This document shows, piece by piece, positions 63,607 to 64,000 of a stretch of 64,000 nt of DNA; position 1 is the stretch's first letter; every line of letters begins with the position of its first letter. Location of the stretch: IMG/VR virus record IMGVR_UViG_3300032242_001280, one strand, 5' to 3'. Under the pieces are notes generated by a model. The model worked only from the letters and a program-made list of their open reading frames with translations, had not been told where the DNA came from and searched no databases. The translations under genes and the position numbers were made by a program. This DNA is from a virus.

Positions 63607-64000
63607 TAGATAATCCCGCTTAGTTTTTTGATAGCTTCTATTTCATTATTTAGTTTCTTGGTCTCTTCGGTAATTCTCTCAAATTGTGTAACATCCTGTT
63701 CATATTTTTCAGGAGTCATTGGAACAACTTTAGTAAAATTTTCTTCATTCATTTGCATATAATCACTGCTTTTGTACCAACGGAACTTCCACTTATCTGG
63801 TTTAATTCCAGTTAAATGGTCAAGATCAGTTAGCATTTCGCTGATATATTTGTAAAGATTTGGACGGCGTTGTGCCTCAACAAACACTAAACGATTCATG
63901 TCACTGATTTCACCAGTGCTAACATCTGCATCTAAAACCCAATCATATCCGTTTTCTAAGAAGCTAACTAAATCAGTTGCTGGCATGATATCGCGGATTT
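63606..64000 (-). CDS. Hypothetical protein (probably 5' truncated by window)
   Basis: FLENGYDWVLDADVSTGE..LVFVE; frame appears to continue to the window edge. Confidence 0.55.
   Translation of the reverse strand, partial: IRDIMPATDLVSFLENGYDWVLDADVSTGEISDMNRLVFVEAQRRPNLYKYISEMLTDLDHLTGIKPDKWKFRWYKSSDYMQMNEENFTKVVPMTPEKYEQDVTQFERITEETKKLNNEIEAIKKLSGII

Noticed and set aside
1-64000. Stop-codon reassignment, introns/inteins, tRNA genes
   Set aside because: Core genes (polymerase, thyA, clpA) are full length in the standard code with no insertions; all three stop codons are used; no cloverleaf or T-loop pattern was noticed in the short intergenic gaps (by eye only).

Overview
This is a 64-kb segment of a large, AT-rich tailed dsDNA phage (T4-like or jumbo myovirus type), probably infecting a Gram-negative alphaproteobacterium (inferred from two-component spanins and a Rhizobiales-type secreted peptide gene). 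No tRNA, rRNA or CRISPR array was seen. (1) 1-2.9 kb (+): a repeat-rich tail fibre with a Peptidase_G2-like chaperone domain, plus structural genes. (2) 3.0-15.5 kb (+): an overlapping operon of GT-A glycosyltransferases and five tandem N-terminal-twitch radical SAM enzymes, converging on a DegT aminotransferase, an NAD epimerase, thyA and DHFR. (3) 20-31 kb (-): an early accessory region with a MoxR ATPase plus metallopeptidase/vWA pair and an array of one-gene cassettes, each behind a repeated sigma70 promoter; it includes an unannotated 39-aa ArfA-like ribosome-rescue peptide. (4) 26.5-36 kb: replication genes (RNase H/flap nuclease, clamp-like protein, family B DNA polymerase, DsbA-like protein). 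(5) 36.4-56 kb: the most unusual part. About 10 late genes share an N-terminal M-x-I-x-E-I-I-x-E signal resembling the T4 capsid-targeting sequence, and several are polyproteins whose domains are separated by [ILVM]-x-E linkers (predicted prohead-protease sites). Their cargo includes three amidoligases, an ART-like domain, a HiPIP, a RyR domain, two ParB-like domains, a HIGH nucleotidyltransferase, a ligase-like protein and a 5'-nucleotidase, with a divergent YafQ-like toxin/antitoxin pair in the middle. (6) 59-64 kb: ClpA, DnaJ, a holin-like protein and spanins. All calls come from reading motifs by eye; no database searches were run.
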